A stretch of 64,000 bases of DNA, taken from an uncultured Gammaproteobacteria bacterium. GTDB taxonomy: Bacteria > Patescibacteriota > Patescibacteriia > Patescibacteriales > UBA12465. The position numbers and the translations under genes are program-made. Below the pieces are notes generated by a model. It ran no database searches and was not told the origin of the DNA. It worked only from the letters and a program-made list of their open reading frames with translations. The first letter of the stretch is position 1; every line of letters begins with the position of its first letter. Location: positions 8,577 to 72,576 of the forward strand of contig CAZFUP010000001.1 of assembly GCA_964522055.1 (NCBI GenBank). Direction: 5' to 3'. Below are positions 39,092 to 50,115 of the stretch, in pieces.

Positions 39092-40363
39092 ATGTTTAGC
39101 AAATTAGAACAAATCTGGAAAGCAAGAGACTTAAGAAATAATATTCTTTTTGTTCTTGGTATTCTGGTTGTTTTTCGTTTTGCCGCCCATATCCCTATTC
39201 CTGGAGTTGACGCTATTGCTTTAAAGAATCTGTTTGCCTCTAATCAAATACTGGGATTAATGAATCTCTTTTCTGGTGGTGGCATGGAAAATTTTTCTAT
39301 TGTCATGATGTCAGTTGCTCCTTATATTACTTCTTCTATTATCTTCCAACTTTTAGGCATGATAGTCCCAAAGATTGAAGAAATGCAGAAAGAAGAAGAT
39401 GGCCGCCAGAAGATAAATATGTGGACACGTTGGCTAACTGTTCCTTTAGCAGCTATGCAAGCTTATGGAATGATTACTTTACTACGTCGCAGTGCAGCTG
39501 GCATATTAGGTGATATTGGTTTTTTTGATTTTTTTGTAATTATTATTACTGTTACTGCTGGAACTGTTTTCGTTGTTTGGCTAGGAGAACTTATTTCTGA
39601 AAAGAAAGTTGGCAATGGTATTTCTTTGTTAATTTTTGCTGGGATTATTTCTGGTTTACTACAAACCGTTAGACAGCTTATTCTTACTTTTGATTCTTCT
39701 CAATTATTCATGTTACTTGGCTTTATTGCTATTGCTATTATTACTATTATTGGCGTTGTTATTATCAACGAAGGGCAACGTAATATCCCAGTGCAGTATG
39801 CCAGACAAATTCGTGGTAATAGAGCTTTTGGTGGTACAAGTACACATTTACCTTTAAGGGTAAATATGGCTGGCGTTATTCCAATTATTTTTGCTATTTC
39901 AGTTGTCCTATTTCCATCAATGATAGCTCAATTTTTAATACATGCTAAAAGTCTTTGGTTAGTTAATTTAGCTAATTGGACTATAGAGATGTTTAACAAT
40001 CAGCTTTTTTACGGTATTACCTATTTTATTTTAGTTTTTGCTTTCACTTATTTTTATACTGAAGTTGTTTTTCATCCTAAACAAATCTCAGAGAACTTAC
40101 AAAAGCAGGGTGGATTCATTCCAGGAATAAGACCAGGCAAAGCTACTAGTGATTATTTAGCAAATACTACTCATAAGATAGTTTTAGTTGGCGCTTTATT
40201 TCTTGGTTTAATTGCTGTTTTGCCTTTAATCATGCGTTATTTTACCGGTGTTGATGCTTTTACTATTGGTGGTACTAGTTTGCTTATTGTTGTCGCGGTT
40301 GTTATTGAAACCGTCAAGCAGATTGAAGCCCAGCTTACCATGAGAGAATACGACGGACTTTAA
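39092..40363 (+). CDS. secY: Protein translocase subunit SecY
   Basis: 10-TM protein, conserved position after rplO. Confidence 0.9.
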   Translation: MFSKLEQIWKARDLRNNILFVLGILVVFRFAAHIPIPGVDAIALKNLFASNQILGLMNLFSGGGMENFSIVMMSVAPYITSSIIFQLLGMIVPKIEEMQKEEDGRQKINMWTRWLTVPLAAMQAYGMITLLRRSAAGILGDIGFFDFFVIIITVTAGTVFVVWLGELISEKKVGNGISLLIFAGIISGLLQTVRQLILTFDSSQLFMLLGFIAIAIITIIGVVIINEGQRNIPVQYARQIRGNRAFGGTSTHLPLRVNMAGVIPIIFAISVVLFPSMIAQFLIHAKSLWLVNLANWTIEMFNNQLFYGITYFILVFAFTYFYTEVVFHPKQISENLQKQGGFIPGIRPGKATSDYLANTTHKIVLVGALFLGLIAVLPLIMRYFTGVDAFTIGGTSLLIVVAVVIETVKQIEAQLTMREYDGL

Positions 40364-40387
40364 ATAGATTATTATATTTGAAATAAA

Positions 40388-40420
40388 AAAGCGGCTTTAT
40401 TGCCGTCTTTTTTTATGGTA
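40388..40420 (+). terminator. Candidate intrinsic terminator after secY
   Basis: AGCGGCtttattGCCGTCT short GC stem followed by TTTTTTT. Confidence 0.45.
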
Positions 40421-40450
40421 TAATTAAAAAATAAGTTTAAATATAATAAC

Positions 40451-40744
40451 ATGGGATTAGATAAAATTGCACAAGATTCCAAGAAGATGACTAGCTATCG
40501 CTTGGATCAAAAAATTGATAAATTGCTTCGCACTAATCCTTCTTTTAAAAATTTACAGGATAACAAAAAATTAGTCTTTGACTTAATTTCAGATTATAAA
40601 AAGAAGATGCGTCGCGGCATTTCAGTTTCGTCCCTTACTATCCGAAAAGATATGTATCATCTTTATAAAAACAGAATAGAACTTGGTTTGAGTAAATCAG
40701 ACCTTGATGACTTGCGTGATTTACTAGCCTCTTTTAAATCTTAA
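40451..40744 (+). CDS. Hypothetical protein (occupies the slot where adk usually sits between secY and map)
   Basis: 97-aa ORF, no recognisable motif; not adenylate kinase (no P-loop). Confidence 0.4.
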   Translation: MGLDKIAQDSKKMTSYRLDQKIDKLLRTNPSFKNLQDNKKLVFDLISDYKKKMRRGISVSSLTIRKDMYHLYKNRIELGLSKSDLDDLRDLLASFKS

Positions 40745-40749
40745 ATAAT

Positions 40750-41580
40750 ATGATATATATAAAATCTGAAGATGAAATAAGAATAATACGCGAAGGTGGT
40801 AAGCGCCTGTCGGCTATATTAAAAAAATTAGTTTCAGCGACAAAGCCTGGAGTAGAGACGGCTTTTTTAGAAGACATGGCCTGTCGTTTAATAGAAGAAG
40901 TTGGCGGTCGGCCAGCTTTTAAAAATTATCCTATGGGCGGCGGCCTGTTTTTTCCTTCGGCTGTTTGTGTTTCTATAAACGATGAGGTTGTTCATGGAGT
41001 AGCTTTGCCTAGTAGAATTATTAAAGAAGGAGATATAGTAGATCTTGATATCGGTATGGAGTGGCCGATATTGCCTGAGCTTAGAGAGAAATTTAAAGCA
41101 CCGGTAAACCCTCATTCTAAGTTAGGTGGGTTTTATACCGATATGTGTACAACTGTTCCAGCCGGGAAGATAAATCAAGAAGTAAAACAATTGTTAAAAG
41201 TTTCAGAAGAATGTTTAAAGAAAGCTTTAAAAAAAGTAAGGCCGGGAAAAAAGATAAATGATTTAGCTAGAGTAATTGAAAATCATGCCGAAAGCTATGG
41301 TTATGGAGTAGTTCGTGATTTAGTTGGTCATGGTGTCGGTTATTTTGCTCATGAGGAGCCTGACGTCTTTAACTTTACAATCAGTGAGGATTCTTCAGAA
41401 AATGTTACTTTAGAGGAAGGGATGGTTATTGCTATTGAACCAATGATAAATATGGGAACGTGGCGGGTAAGGATAGCAAAGAATGGTTATACCTTTAAAA
41501 CAGCCGATGGCTCTTTAAGTGCTCATTTTGAACACACAGTCGCAGTTACTAGACGCGGTTGTGAAATATTAACTTTTTAA
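40750..41580 (+). CDS. map: Methionine aminopeptidase type I
   Basis: Pita-bread fold metal ligands (DIVDLDIGME, HGVGYFAHEEP, EPMI, EHT). Confidence 0.9.
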   Translation: MIYIKSEDEIRIIREGGKRLSAILKKLVSATKPGVETAFLEDMACRLIEEVGGRPAFKNYPMGGGLFFPSAVCVSINDEVVHGVALPSRIIKEGDIVDLDIGMEWPILPELREKFKAPVNPHSKLGGFYTDMCTTVPAGKINQEVKQLLKVSEECLKKALKKVRPGKKINDLARVIENHAESYGYGVVRDLVGHGVGYFAHEEPDVFNFTISEDSSENVTLEEGMVIAIEPMINMGTWRVRIAKNGYTFKTADGSLSAHFEHTVAVTRRGCEILTF

Positions 41581-41585
41581 AATGT

Positions 41586-41966
41586 GTGGGGGTAAAGAAA
41601 TATCTAGGAATAGATTGGGGAGAAAAGAGAATAGGACTAGCTTTAGCTGATTACGAGACTAGGTTGGCTTTGCCTTTTAAAACGGTGTCTAGTTTAAAGG
41701 ATGTTTTAGAGATAATAGATGAAGAGGAAATAAGTGATGTTATAATTGGCTCGCCACAAAAAATGAGTGGTCAAAAAGCTGATAATCCTCTTTGGCTTGA
41801 TTTTGTAAGGCAACTGGGAGTAAAAAATAAAGCTTCTTTACATTTTTTAGATGAACGTTTAAGCAGTTTGGCTGCTGATGCGTTATCGGGAAAAAAGAAG
41901 GATAAGGCAAATCGAGATGAAATTGCTGCTACTATAATTTTACAAGATTACTTAGACAGGAATTAG
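41586..41966 (+). CDS. ruvX: Putative pre-16S rRNA nuclease/Holliday junction resolvase-like YqgF (RuvX)
   Basis: LGIDWGEKRIGLALAD N-terminal RNase H-like motif. Confidence 0.8.
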   Translation: MGVKKYLGIDWGEKRIGLALADYETRLALPFKTVSSLKDVLEIIDEEEISDVIIGSPQKMSGQKADNPLWLDFVRQLGVKNKASLHFLDERLSSLAADALSGKKKDKANRDEIAATIILQDYLDRN

Positions 41967-41975
41967 TTTTTTCCT

Positions 41976-42731
41976 ATGAGTGAAACCAAGATATCTCAAG
42001 CCATTGTTTTAAACCGTTTAGATTACCGTGAGAGCGATTCTTTATTATCTGTTTATACTGCTAATTTTGGAAAATTATCATTACTGGCTCGTGGTACTAA
42101 AAAAATTAATTCTAAATTGAGTGGGCATCTGGAGCCTTTCAGCTTGATTGATATTTTAATAATCAAAGGACGCGGCTTTGATTATATAGGAAGTGCCTTT
42201 TCAAGAAGGGCGTTTTTAAATATAAAAAATGATTTAAATAAACTGTATTATGCTGGGGCGGGGATAAGGAGTTTTAATCGCTTGGTAAAAGAAGGGGAAA
42301 AAGATGAAAATTTATTTTTCTTGCTAAAAGGGTTTTTAGAATTATTAGATGATTATAGAGAAGATTTAAGCAAGGAGAGAGGAGAAATATTTTATTCCTT
42401 TTTTATTTTGAAATTGCTTTTGGAGCTTGGTTATGGCCCAGAAATGTATGAATGCCTGGATTGCCATACTAAAATTAAGACAGGAAAAAATTATTTTAAT
42501 CTAAAAAATGGTGGCCTGATTTGTTCCGATTGTTTTAATAGGCAACCTTTTGTTTACCAAAAAGATGGGTTATTGGCTCCAGAAATACTTCAAATATCAG
42601 ATAATTCTATAAAGCTTATTCGTCTTATTACTAGCAACGAATTAGGGGTAGTTAAAAAGCTGTATTTAGAAAAGAAATATATTCACGAATTGGCAGTTTT
42701 AATTGACAGTTTCTTGGATTTTAGGCTTTAA
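41976..42731 (+). CDS. recO: DNA repair protein RecO
   Basis: N-terminal OB fold (QAIVLNRLDYRESDSLLSVYTANFGKLSLLARG) and C-terminal zinc motif CLDC...CSDC. Confidence 0.8.
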   Translation: MSETKISQAIVLNRLDYRESDSLLSVYTANFGKLSLLARGTKKINSKLSGHLEPFSLIDILIIKGRGFDYIGSAFSRRAFLNIKNDLNKLYYAGAGIRSFNRLVKEGEKDENLFFLLKGFLELLDDYREDLSKERGEIFYSFFILKLLLELGYGPEMYECLDCHTKIKTGKNYFNLKNGGLICSDCFNRQPFVYQKDGLLAPEILQISDNSIKLIRLITSNELGVVKKLYLEKKYIHELAVLIDSFLDFRL

Positions 42732-42866
42732 TTACTATCTATTTTTAGGTTTTTTGAGAAAATATTATTCTTGCTAAAAGAATAAAAATAGGTTACTATT
42801 TAGTTAGTTAAATAAAAAATTTAGAGTAAATCTGGCTCTTTTTAAGTGCTGGATTAATTTGTTTTT

Positions 42867-44660
42867 ATGTTAAGAACTCATACTTGTGGAGAATTAAAAA
42901 ACAGTCATTTGGGCCAGGAAGTAGTCTTAGCTGGTTGGATAAATAGCTTAAGAAATCTCGGAGGCCTAATTTTTATTGATTTGCGTGATAGATATGGTTT
43001 GGTGCAAATAAAAATAGATCCACAAACTAATCCTAAATTAGCGGAATTTGCTAGCCAGTTTCATTCAGAGTGGGTGATAAAGGTAAAGGGTCAGGTTTCA
43101 GCTCGCCCAGAGGAAATGAAAAATTTGAAGATGATAACTGGAGAAATTGAAATAATTGCTTTGGAGCTTGAAATATTAAGTCGGGCTGAACTTATGCCCT
43201 TTGAGATTAATGATGAAAAAAATGGTGAAGCTAATGAAGCTTTGCGTTTGAAATATCGCTTTTTAGATTTACGTCGCCCAAAGTTACAAAAAATGTTAAC
43301 TAGTAAAGATCTTTTTATTAGGCATATTAGAGATTATTTTTACAGGCAAGGTTTTACAGAAATACAAACACCTATTTTAGCTAATTCTTCGCCTGAAGGA
43401 GCGCGTGATTTTTTAATTCCATCTCGTCTGTATCCTGGAAAATTTTATGCCTTGCCACAGGCACCACAGCAATTTAAACAACTGTTAATGGTTGGTGGTT
43501 TGGATAAATATTTCCAAATCGCTCCTTGTTTTCGCGATGAAGATCCGCGTCTTGATAGACACTATGGTGAATTCTATCAGCTTGATATGGAAATGAGTTT
43601 TGTAGAACAGGAAGATATATTTAAAATCATGGAACCGTTGATGATAGAGTTGACTGAAAAATTTAGTGAAAAAAAATTGTGTAATATTTTGCCAGACGGT
43701 CGCTTTATGCGTCTATCTTGGCGGGAGGCTATGGATAAATATGGAACAGATAAGCCAGATTTGCGTTTTTCTTTAGAAATTAAAGATGTAAGTGAGCTTG
43801 TAAAGGATTGTGATTTTAGTGTTTTCTCTGAAGCGATAAAAAATAAAGGAGTGGTTAAAGCCCTGAAAATTGATGGCGGCGCTAAGTTTACCCGCCGGGA
43901 AATAGACGAGTTAACTGAATTAGCAAAAAAACGTGGCGCTAAGGGTTTGGCCTATTTAAACAAAAAAGATGGTTTGGTAAATTCTTCTTTTGCTAAGTTT
44001 TTTAAACCAGAAAATTTAAATGATTTAGCAAGGGCTTGCGAGGTTAAAGAAGGGGATATTGTTTTCTTTGCAGCTGATAATTGGCGAACAACTTGTAATG
44101 TCTTGGGAGCGGTTAGAAATGAAGTTGCCACTCGCCTAGGATTAAAGAATAATAGTTTAGCTGCTTGGGCTTGGATTGTTGATTTTCCTATGTATGATTA
44201 TTCTGATATTGAAGAGGGACGAATTGATTTTGGACATAACCCCTTTTCCATGCCTCAGGGAGGAATGAAAGCGCTTGAAGAAAAAAATCCTTTAGATATA
44301 CTAGCCTATCAATATGATTTAGTGTTAAATGGTTTTGAGGTTTCAAGCGGTGCAATTCGCAATCATGAACCAGAGATAATGTATAAGGCTTTTGAAATTG
44401 CTGGTTACTCACAAGAGGAAGTTGATAAACGTTTTGGTGCAATGATTAAGGCTTTTTCATATGGAGCGCCGCCTCATGGCGGCAATGCTCCAGGAATAGA
44501 CCGCTTGATTATGGTGCTAAACGATTGGGATTCTATTCGTGATATTTATGCCTTTCCTAAAGATGCTAAAGGAAGAGATTTAATGACTGACACTCCAGGA
44601 GAGGTATATCCTAAACAACTTGAAGAGTTAAACATTACTATTTTAAAAGAAAAAAAATAA
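42867..44660 (+). CDS. aspS: Aspartate--tRNA ligase (bacterial type)
   Basis: Class II motifs incl. [24 protein letters not shown] and GGxxxGxDR (GGNAPGIDR). Confidence 0.9.
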   Translation: MLRTHTCGELKNSHLGQEVVLAGWINSLRNLGGLIFIDLRDRYGLVQIKIDPQTNPKLAEFASQFHSEWVIKVKGQVSARPEEMKNLKMITGEIEIIALELEILSRAELMPFEINDEKNGEANEALRLKYRFLDLRRPKLQKMLTSKDLFIRHIRDYFYRQGFTEIQTPILANSSPEGARDFLIPSRLYPGKFYALPQAPQQFKQLLMVGGLDKYFQIAPCFRDEDPRLDRHYGEFYQLDMEMSFVEQEDIFKIMEPLMIELTEKFSEKKLCNILPDGRFMRLSWREAMDKYGTDKPDLRFSLEIKDVSELVKDCDFSVFSEAIKNKGVVKALKIDGGAKFTRREIDELTELAKKRGAKGLAYLNKKDGLVNSSFAKFFKPENLNDLARACEVKEGDIVFFAADNWRTTCNVLGAVRNEVATRLGLKNNSLAAWAWIVDFPMYDYSDIEEGRIDFGHNPFSMPQGGMKALEEKNPLDILAYQYDLVLNGFEVSSGAIRNHEPEIMYKAFEIAGYSQEEVDKRFGAMIKAFSYGAPPHGGNAPGIDRLIMVLNDWDSIRDIYAFPKDAKGRDLMTDTPGEVYPKQLEELNITILKEKK

Positions 44661-44679
44661 TTTCAGATATTTTAAAGAT

Positions 44680-46071
44680 ATGAAAAATGTATTAATAAAA
44701 TCACTATACCGCGATACAGAAGCCTATTTGGGTAAACAGATAAAAATAGCTGGCTGGGTTAGAACTTCACGCAATTCTAAAGAGTTTGGTTTTATTGAAG
44801 TAAATGATGGCTCATTTTTTAGAGGCTTGCAAATAGTATTTGATAATAAGTTAGATAATTTTTCAGAACTTGAAAAGATAAATATCGGCTCATCTTTAGA
44901 AGCAGAAGGGGAGTTAGTTGAATCACCTGCGGCTGGCCAGTCTTTTGAACTTAAGGCTTTAAAGATTACTGTTATTTCTCAGGCGCAAGAAGATTATCCG
45001 CTGCAAAAGAAAAAGCATGGTTTTGAATTTTTAAGAACTATTGCTCATTTACGTGGTCGCAGTAATACTTTCTCTGCTGTTTTTAGATTACGTTCAACTT
45101 TAAGTTATGCTATCCATAAATTTTTTCAAGAAGAAGGTTTTTCTTATATCCACACGCCAATAATTTCTACTAGTGATTGTGAGGGTGCCGGTGAAATGTT
45201 TAATGTTACCACTTTAGATTTAAATAATTTACCACGTGATAGTAAGGGGGGAATTGATTTTAAGGAAGATTTTTTTGGTAAGAAAGCTGGATTGACAGTT
45301 AGCGGCCAGTTAAATGCCGAAGCTTTAGTAATGGGGTTAAATAAAGTTTATACTTTTGGTCCAACTTTTAGAGCAGAAAATTCCTATACTACTAGACATG
45401 CTTCCGAGTTTTGGATGATGGAGCCAGAAATGGCTTTTGCTGATTTAAACGATGACATGGATATGGAAGAGAAGATGCTTAAGTATTTAATCAATTATGT
45501 TTTACAAGAGATTCCTGAAGAAATGGAATTTTTTGATAAGTTTATCGAAAATGGTTTAATAGAACGATTGCGCAAATTAGTTAATTCTGATTTTCGTCGC
45601 ATGACTTATACAGAGGCCATTGAAATACTAGAAAAATCAGGAAAGAAATTTGAATATCCGGTTAAATGGGGAATTGATTTACAGACTGAACATGAAAGAT
45701 ATATTTCTGAAGAAATTGTCGGTGGGCCAGTTTTTTTAACTGACTATCCTAAGGAAATAAAAGCTTTTTATATGCGTTTAAATGATGACGGCAAGACAGT
45801 GGCCGCCGTTGATTTGCTTGTTCCGGGTATAGGGGAAATTATTGGTGGGAGCCAGAGAGAGGAGCGTTTGGATATACTAGAAAAGAGAATGGCAGAAATG
45901 GGCTTAGAAAAAAAAGATTATGAATGGTATTTAGATTTACGTCGTTTTGGGTCAGTTAAACACGCTGGCTTTGGATTAGGCTTTGAACGTTTAATAATGT
46001 ATTTATCAGGTATGGCCAATATCCGTGATGTTATTCCTTTTCCTAGAACACCTAAAAACGCTGAATTCTAA
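44680..46071 (+). CDS. asnS: Asparagine--tRNA ligase
   Basis: [21 protein letters not shown] and class II motif 3 GFGLGFERL; 463 aa. Confidence 0.85.
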   Translation: MKNVLIKSLYRDTEAYLGKQIKIAGWVRTSRNSKEFGFIEVNDGSFFRGLQIVFDNKLDNFSELEKINIGSSLEAEGELVESPAAGQSFELKALKITVISQAQEDYPLQKKKHGFEFLRTIAHLRGRSNTFSAVFRLRSTLSYAIHKFFQEEGFSYIHTPIISTSDCEGAGEMFNVTTLDLNNLPRDSKGGIDFKEDFFGKKAGLTVSGQLNAEALVMGLNKVYTFGPTFRAENSYTTRHASEFWMMEPEMAFADLNDDMDMEEKMLKYLINYVLQEIPEEMEFFDKFIENGLIERLRKLVNSDFRRMTYTEAIEILEKSGKKFEYPVKWGIDLQTEHERYISEEIVGGPVFLTDYPKEIKAFYMRLNDDGKTVAAVDLLVPGIGEIIGGSQREERLDILEKRMAEMGLEKKDYEWYLDLRRFGSVKHAGFGLGFERLIMYLSGMANIRDVIPFPRTPKNAEF

Positions 46072-46076
46072 AAAAT

Positions 46077-47114
46077 ATGAGTTTTTTATCTTCACCTATC
46101 TTATTCCTTTTTATCATTCTTCCTTTGCCGGCAATTCTAATAATTTCTATTGTCTTGGCGGCTCGGGATTCAAAAAAACATATGAATACGAAACACGATG
46201 CTAAATATACTTTCTACTATCTCCTTTCTTTAGTTGCTTTGATTTTTATGGCTATTTCTGTTGGCATGGTTGCTTTTGGTATTATTGATAAAACAATTCC
46301 AGATATTTTAAATTATTATAACTATTCTTCCGTTGATAGCCGTTTAAAATTTGCTATTTCCGCTTTACTTATTTCTATCCCTGTTTTTTATTCCGTGTCT
46401 TGTTTAATAAATCGGGGTTTGCGTTGTCAGGAGCTTGATAAGGAATCACCTATTCGTCGTTGGTTAACTTATTTTATTATTTTAGTTTCTTCTTTAATAA
46501 TACTTGGCTCTTTTGTTAGTCTTGTAAACAGTTTTCTTTCTGGAGAATTAACGGTCCGTTTTATTTTGAAAGTGGCCTCTGTTTTGCTTATCGCTGGGAT
46601 AAGTTTTTCTTTCTATCTCTATGATGTTAAAAGAGAGAGTCCTGAAAAAAAAGACAGGGTAACAAAAATTTTCTTTGTAGTAACTCTATTTTTAGTTGTT
46701 TCTGTTTTTGTGGCTGCTTGGTTTTTTGTAGAATCTCCTCAGAAGACTCGGGCTCGTCGTATAGATAATTTAATTTTAAATAATTTTTCTAATTTAGAAA
46801 GTTCTATAAACAGTTATTATACTTATAATAAAAAGTTGCCAGAAAAAATTAGCGATTTATCTTTAAATCAACAAATTTATTTTAACCCAGAATTTGCCCT
46901 TGATCCCGAAAGCAATGAGGAGATAGGGTATAACAAGATAAATGACAGCGAGTTTGAACTCTGTGCTAATTTTAGAACCAGTAGTTATGAAGAAGATCAA
47001 AACGATCCGCGTCTTCGTTTAAATGGTAACAATCAAGAGCATAATAGCGGTTATCAATGTTTATCAAGAAAATTGTGGATTGAAAATGCAGAAGCTACTA
47101 TAGAAAAGAAATAA
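46077..47114 (+). CDS. Hypothetical membrane protein (N-terminal multi-TM region plus soluble C-terminal domain)
   Basis: Hydrophobic helices over the first ~200 aa; no catalytic motif. Confidence 0.4.
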   Translation: MSFLSSPILFLFIILPLPAILIISIVLAARDSKKHMNTKHDAKYTFYYLLSLVALIFMAISVGMVAFGIIDKTIPDILNYYNYSSVDSRLKFAISALLISIPVFYSVSCLINRGLRCQELDKESPIRRWLTYFIILVSSLIILGSFVSLVNSFLSGELTVRFILKVASVLLIAGISFSFYLYDVKRESPEKKDRVTKIFFVVTLFLVVSVFVAAWFFVESPQKTRARRIDNLILNNFSNLESSINSYYTYNKKLPEKISDLSLNQQIYFNPEFALDPESNEEIGYNKINDSEFELCANFRTSSYEEDQNDPRLRLNGNNQEHNSGYQCLSRKLWIENAEATIEKK

Positions 47115-47116
47115 TT

Positions 47117-47845
47117 ATGCTTGATTTTACCACTGAAAAATTTTCTGGACCGTTGGGCTTGCTTTTAAGTTTAATTGAAAGTGAGGAAATGGATATTACG
47201 GAAATAAACTTGGCAAAAATTGCCGATGATTATGTTAACCGTATTCGCCTGGCTGAAAATATAGATCCCGATGAACTGGCAGATTTTTTAGTTGTAGCCG
47301 CTAAATTGTTGTTTATTAAATCAAAAGCGCTCTTACCTTATCTTTATACCAAAGAAGATGAAGAAGAAGTGAGCGATTTAGAGAGACAGCTGAGAATGTA
47401 TAAAGAATTTGCTTTAGCCAGTGAGAAGATAAAAGACATGATTGCCTTAAAACGTTTTTTATTTTTACCGCCTCTTATAAAAAATCGTCGTCAACAATTT
47501 AATATTCCTGTTTTTACCGCTCCAATTAAAGTTAACCCCAAGTTGCTTAAGGAAATTTTACTGAATTTATTATCAGAGCTTTCTAAAAAGGTAGAAGCTA
47601 GACTGCCAGAAACCAGATTGGAACCGAAAATAAATATTGAAGATAGGATAAAATCAATTAGGGAAATGCTTCTTAAGAAGATTAAAATTAATTTTTCTAA
47701 GATGCTTTCAGGAGCACAGAGCAAGACCGAGTTGATAGTAAATTTCTTGGCGGTTTTAGAGCTGGCTAAACAGAAAGAGTTAAATTTTGAACAGGATGAA
47801 TTATTTAGCGAAATAAATCTTATTCCTTATAAAAATCAAGATTAA
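47117..47845 (+). CDS. scpA: Segregation and condensation protein A (kleisin)
   Basis: MLDFTTEKFSGPLGLLLSLIESEEMDITEINLAKIADDY N-terminus typical of ScpA. Confidence 0.8.
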   Translation: MLDFTTEKFSGPLGLLLSLIESEEMDITEINLAKIADDYVNRIRLAENIDPDELADFLVVAAKLLFIKSKALLPYLYTKEDEEEVSDLERQLRMYKEFALASEKIKDMIALKRFLFLPPLIKNRRQQFNIPVFTAPIKVNPKLLKEILLNLLSELSKKVEARLPETRLEPKINIEDRIKSIREMLLKKIKINFSKMLSGAQSKTELIVNFLAVLELAKQKELNFEQDELFSEINLIPYKNQD

Positions 47846-47866
47846 TTTAAAAATAGTAACCATATT

Positions 47867-48421
47867 ATGTCTTTACAAGCACAACTTGAATCATTATTAT
47901 TTGTCGCCATTAAACCTTTGTCTTTAAAGGAATTATCTAAATTAACTAGCGCTAAAGATAAAGAAGTAGAAGAGGCTTTAAAAAATTTAGCACTTTTTTA
48001 TAAAGAGAATAAAAGTGGCTTGTCCTTAGTGGAAAATGGTAAGCAGTATCAACTAACAACTTCATCTGAAAATTCAGCTTTAATTCAAGATTTTCTAAAA
48101 GATGAAACCAGTGGTGAGCTTTCTCAGCCCAGCTTAGAAGCTTTAACTATAATTGCCTATCGCGGGCCAATAGGAAAATTGGAGTTGGAAAAAATAAGAG
48201 GTGTAAATTGTAGCTTAATTATCCGTAATTTGCTGTTAAGAGGATTAATAGAGGAAAAGTATAATAAAGAAAAAGATGAAAATTATTATGTAGTGACCCA
48301 TGATTTTATTCGTTTTCTTGGTTTAGGTAACTTAGGCGAATTACCCGATTATGAAAAATTACACAGCGATTCTTTAATGTCTGAAATTATTGATACGCCG
48401 GAAAAAGAAAATAATTTTTAA
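47867..48421 (+). CDS. scpB: Segregation and condensation protein B
   Basis: LESLLFVAIKPLSLKELSKL winged-helix ScpB N-terminus; adjacent to scpA. Confidence 0.8.
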   Translation: MSLQAQLESLLFVAIKPLSLKELSKLTSAKDKEVEEALKNLALFYKENKSGLSLVENGKQYQLTTSSENSALIQDFLKDETSGELSQPSLEALTIIAYRGPIGKLELEKIRGVNCSLIIRNLLLRGLIEEKYNKEKDENYYVVTHDFIRFLGLGNLGELPDYEKLHSDSLMSEIIDTPEKENNF

Positions 48422-48426
48422 AAATA

Positions 48427-49311
48427 ATGTTAAATTTGTTTATAAAAATAATAGTATTAGTTTCTTTGTCATCAGCTCAGATGGTGGAAGTGCCTAATTT
48501 TAACAAGGAAGATTCTTCTTTCTTGATGAATTTTAATTTGGAGGCAGAAGAGCTTGGTTTAGCGGCTAATAAAGCTTTGGTTATTTCTTCTGATGGCCGA
48601 GCAGTTTTTTATGAAAAAGAAGCTGACACTATTCAAGCGATTGCCAGTATTACCAAATTAATGACAGCTTTAGTATTTTTGGATAATAATCCGGGCTGGG
48701 AGGAAACTTACACTATTAGAAGAGAAGATAATATAGAGGGTGGAAGACTACATCTTTTTTTAGGGGAAGAAGTTTATATCCGTGATCTTTTAGCAACCAG
48801 TTTAGTTGCTTCTGATAATGGAGCAACTCAAGCTCTGGTTCACGCTAGTGGGTTAAGCACAGAAGAGTTTGTAGTGGCGATGAATGAAAAAGCTAAAAAA
48901 CTTTCTCTTTTTAAAACTAATTTTGTTGATCCGATTGGTTTGAGTGATTACAATGTTTCTACTGCTAAAGAAGTTGCCCTTTTAGCTAAAGAGGCTTTAA
49001 ATAATCCCGAGATATCAAGATTAACACAACAGAAAGAATATCAGTTTAAAACTTTAAATGGTCGGGATAAGAAAATAGAATCTACTAATTATTTATTGTT
49101 TAGTGAAAACGGTAATGATTTTTCAATTTTAGGTTCTAAAACTGGATACACTGAAGCAGCTGGCTATTGTTTTGTTGGGCGTTTTCAAAATCCTGATGGA
49201 CGCGAAGTTATTTCAGTTGTTTTAGGAAGTGATGGCAAGAATGAGCGCTTTAAAGAGAGCCGTGTTTTGATAAATTGGGTTTTTAATAATTATAGTTGGA
49301 AGGTGAGTTAA
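48427..49311 (+). CDS. D-alanyl-D-alanine carboxypeptidase (peptidase S11, low-MW PBP)
   Basis: SxxK (ASITK), SxN (ASDNG) and KTG (GSKTGYT) active-site triad motifs; N-terminal signal-like segment. Confidence 0.8.
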   Translation: MLNLFIKIIVLVSLSSAQMVEVPNFNKEDSSFLMNFNLEAEELGLAANKALVISSDGRAVFYEKEADTIQAIASITKLMTALVFLDNNPGWEETYTIRREDNIEGGRLHLFLGEEVYIRDLLATSLVASDNGATQALVHASGLSTEEFVVAMNEKAKKLSLFKTNFVDPIGLSDYNVSTAKEVALLAKEALNNPEISRLTQQKEYQFKTLNGRDKKIESTNYLLFSENGNDFSILGSKTGYTEAAGYCFVGRFQNPDGREVISVVLGSDGKNERFKESRVLINWVFNNYSWKVS

Positions 49312-49835
49312 TTTTTATGACGTTTATAAATAAATTATATTTTAGTTTTCGTAATTCTTTTGCTTGTCGTTTGCCACGTTTTTATAATTTTTGTGAAACA
49401 AAAAAATCAGTTGTTAAGTTTATGATAGCTGGCTGTATAGCTGGTGGTACACATTTAGTTTTTCTGGCCATTTTTTATGACCTTTTTAACTGGCCCATTG
49501 TCTTATCTACTAGTATTGCCTTTATTTCTGCTTTTGTGACCAGTTTTTCTTTGCAGAAATTATGGACATTTAGAGATTTTAGTCAGAAAAGAGCGGTTAG
49601 ACAATTTTCTTTGTATATTATAAACGCTTTTTTTACTCTAAATGTTAACGGATTTTTTATGCACTTGTTAGTTGATCGTTATAGTATTTGGTATCTTTTT
49701 TCACAGATTATTGTTAATATTTCTTTAGGAGTATACAACTTCTTTATTTATCGCTTCTTAGTTTTTCGTAAACAAAAAAATGAAATTAATTGTAAACAAG
49801 AAAAGATTAGAGCAAGCGCCGGAGACTTGGCTTAG
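49296..49835 (+). CDS. GtrA-family membrane protein (polysaccharide synthesis/flippase-associated); true start probably downstream of 49296
   Basis: FMIAGCIAGGTHLVFLAIFYDLF...SFSLQKLWTFRDF, typical 4-TM GtrA pattern. Confidence 0.65.
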   Translation: MEGELIFMTFINKLYFSFRNSFACRLPRFYNFCETKKSVVKFMIAGCIAGGTHLVFLAIFYDLFNWPIVLSTSIAFISAFVTSFSLQKLWTFRDFSQKRAVRQFSLYIINAFFTLNVNGFFMHLLVDRYSIWYLFSQIIVNISLGVYNFFIYRFLVFRKQKNEINCKQEKIRASAGDLA

Positions 49836-50109
49836 AAGAGCTGGTTATGCTTTTATTCCCGAAAGAGAAGATGGAGAGCCAAGTTTTGCTCGTCGTTTAA
49901 CTCGTGATTTCTATCCTCGTTTTCATATTTATTTTAAAGAGCAAAAATCAGCTAGTGGTGACGATTTAGTTATTTTTAATCTTCATTTAGATCAAAAAAG
50001 ACCAGGTTATATAGGATACAATCGTCATAATGCAGAATATGAAGGGGAAGTGGTAGAAAGAGAAATGGAAAGACTCAAGTCCTTTTTATTGCCTGATTTT
50101 TTAAATTAA
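49780..50109 (+). CDS. Hypothetical protein (5' end overlaps the gtrA-like ORF; start uncertain)
   Basis: 109-aa ORF upstream of dnaG; no recognisable motif; not rpsU. Confidence 0.3.
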   Translation: MKLIVNKKRLEQAPETWLRRAGYAFIPEREDGEPSFARRLTRDFYPRFHIYFKEQKSASGDDLVIFNLHLDQKRPGYIGYNRHNAEYEGEVVEREMERLKSFLLPDFLN

Positions 50110-50115
50110 TAAACT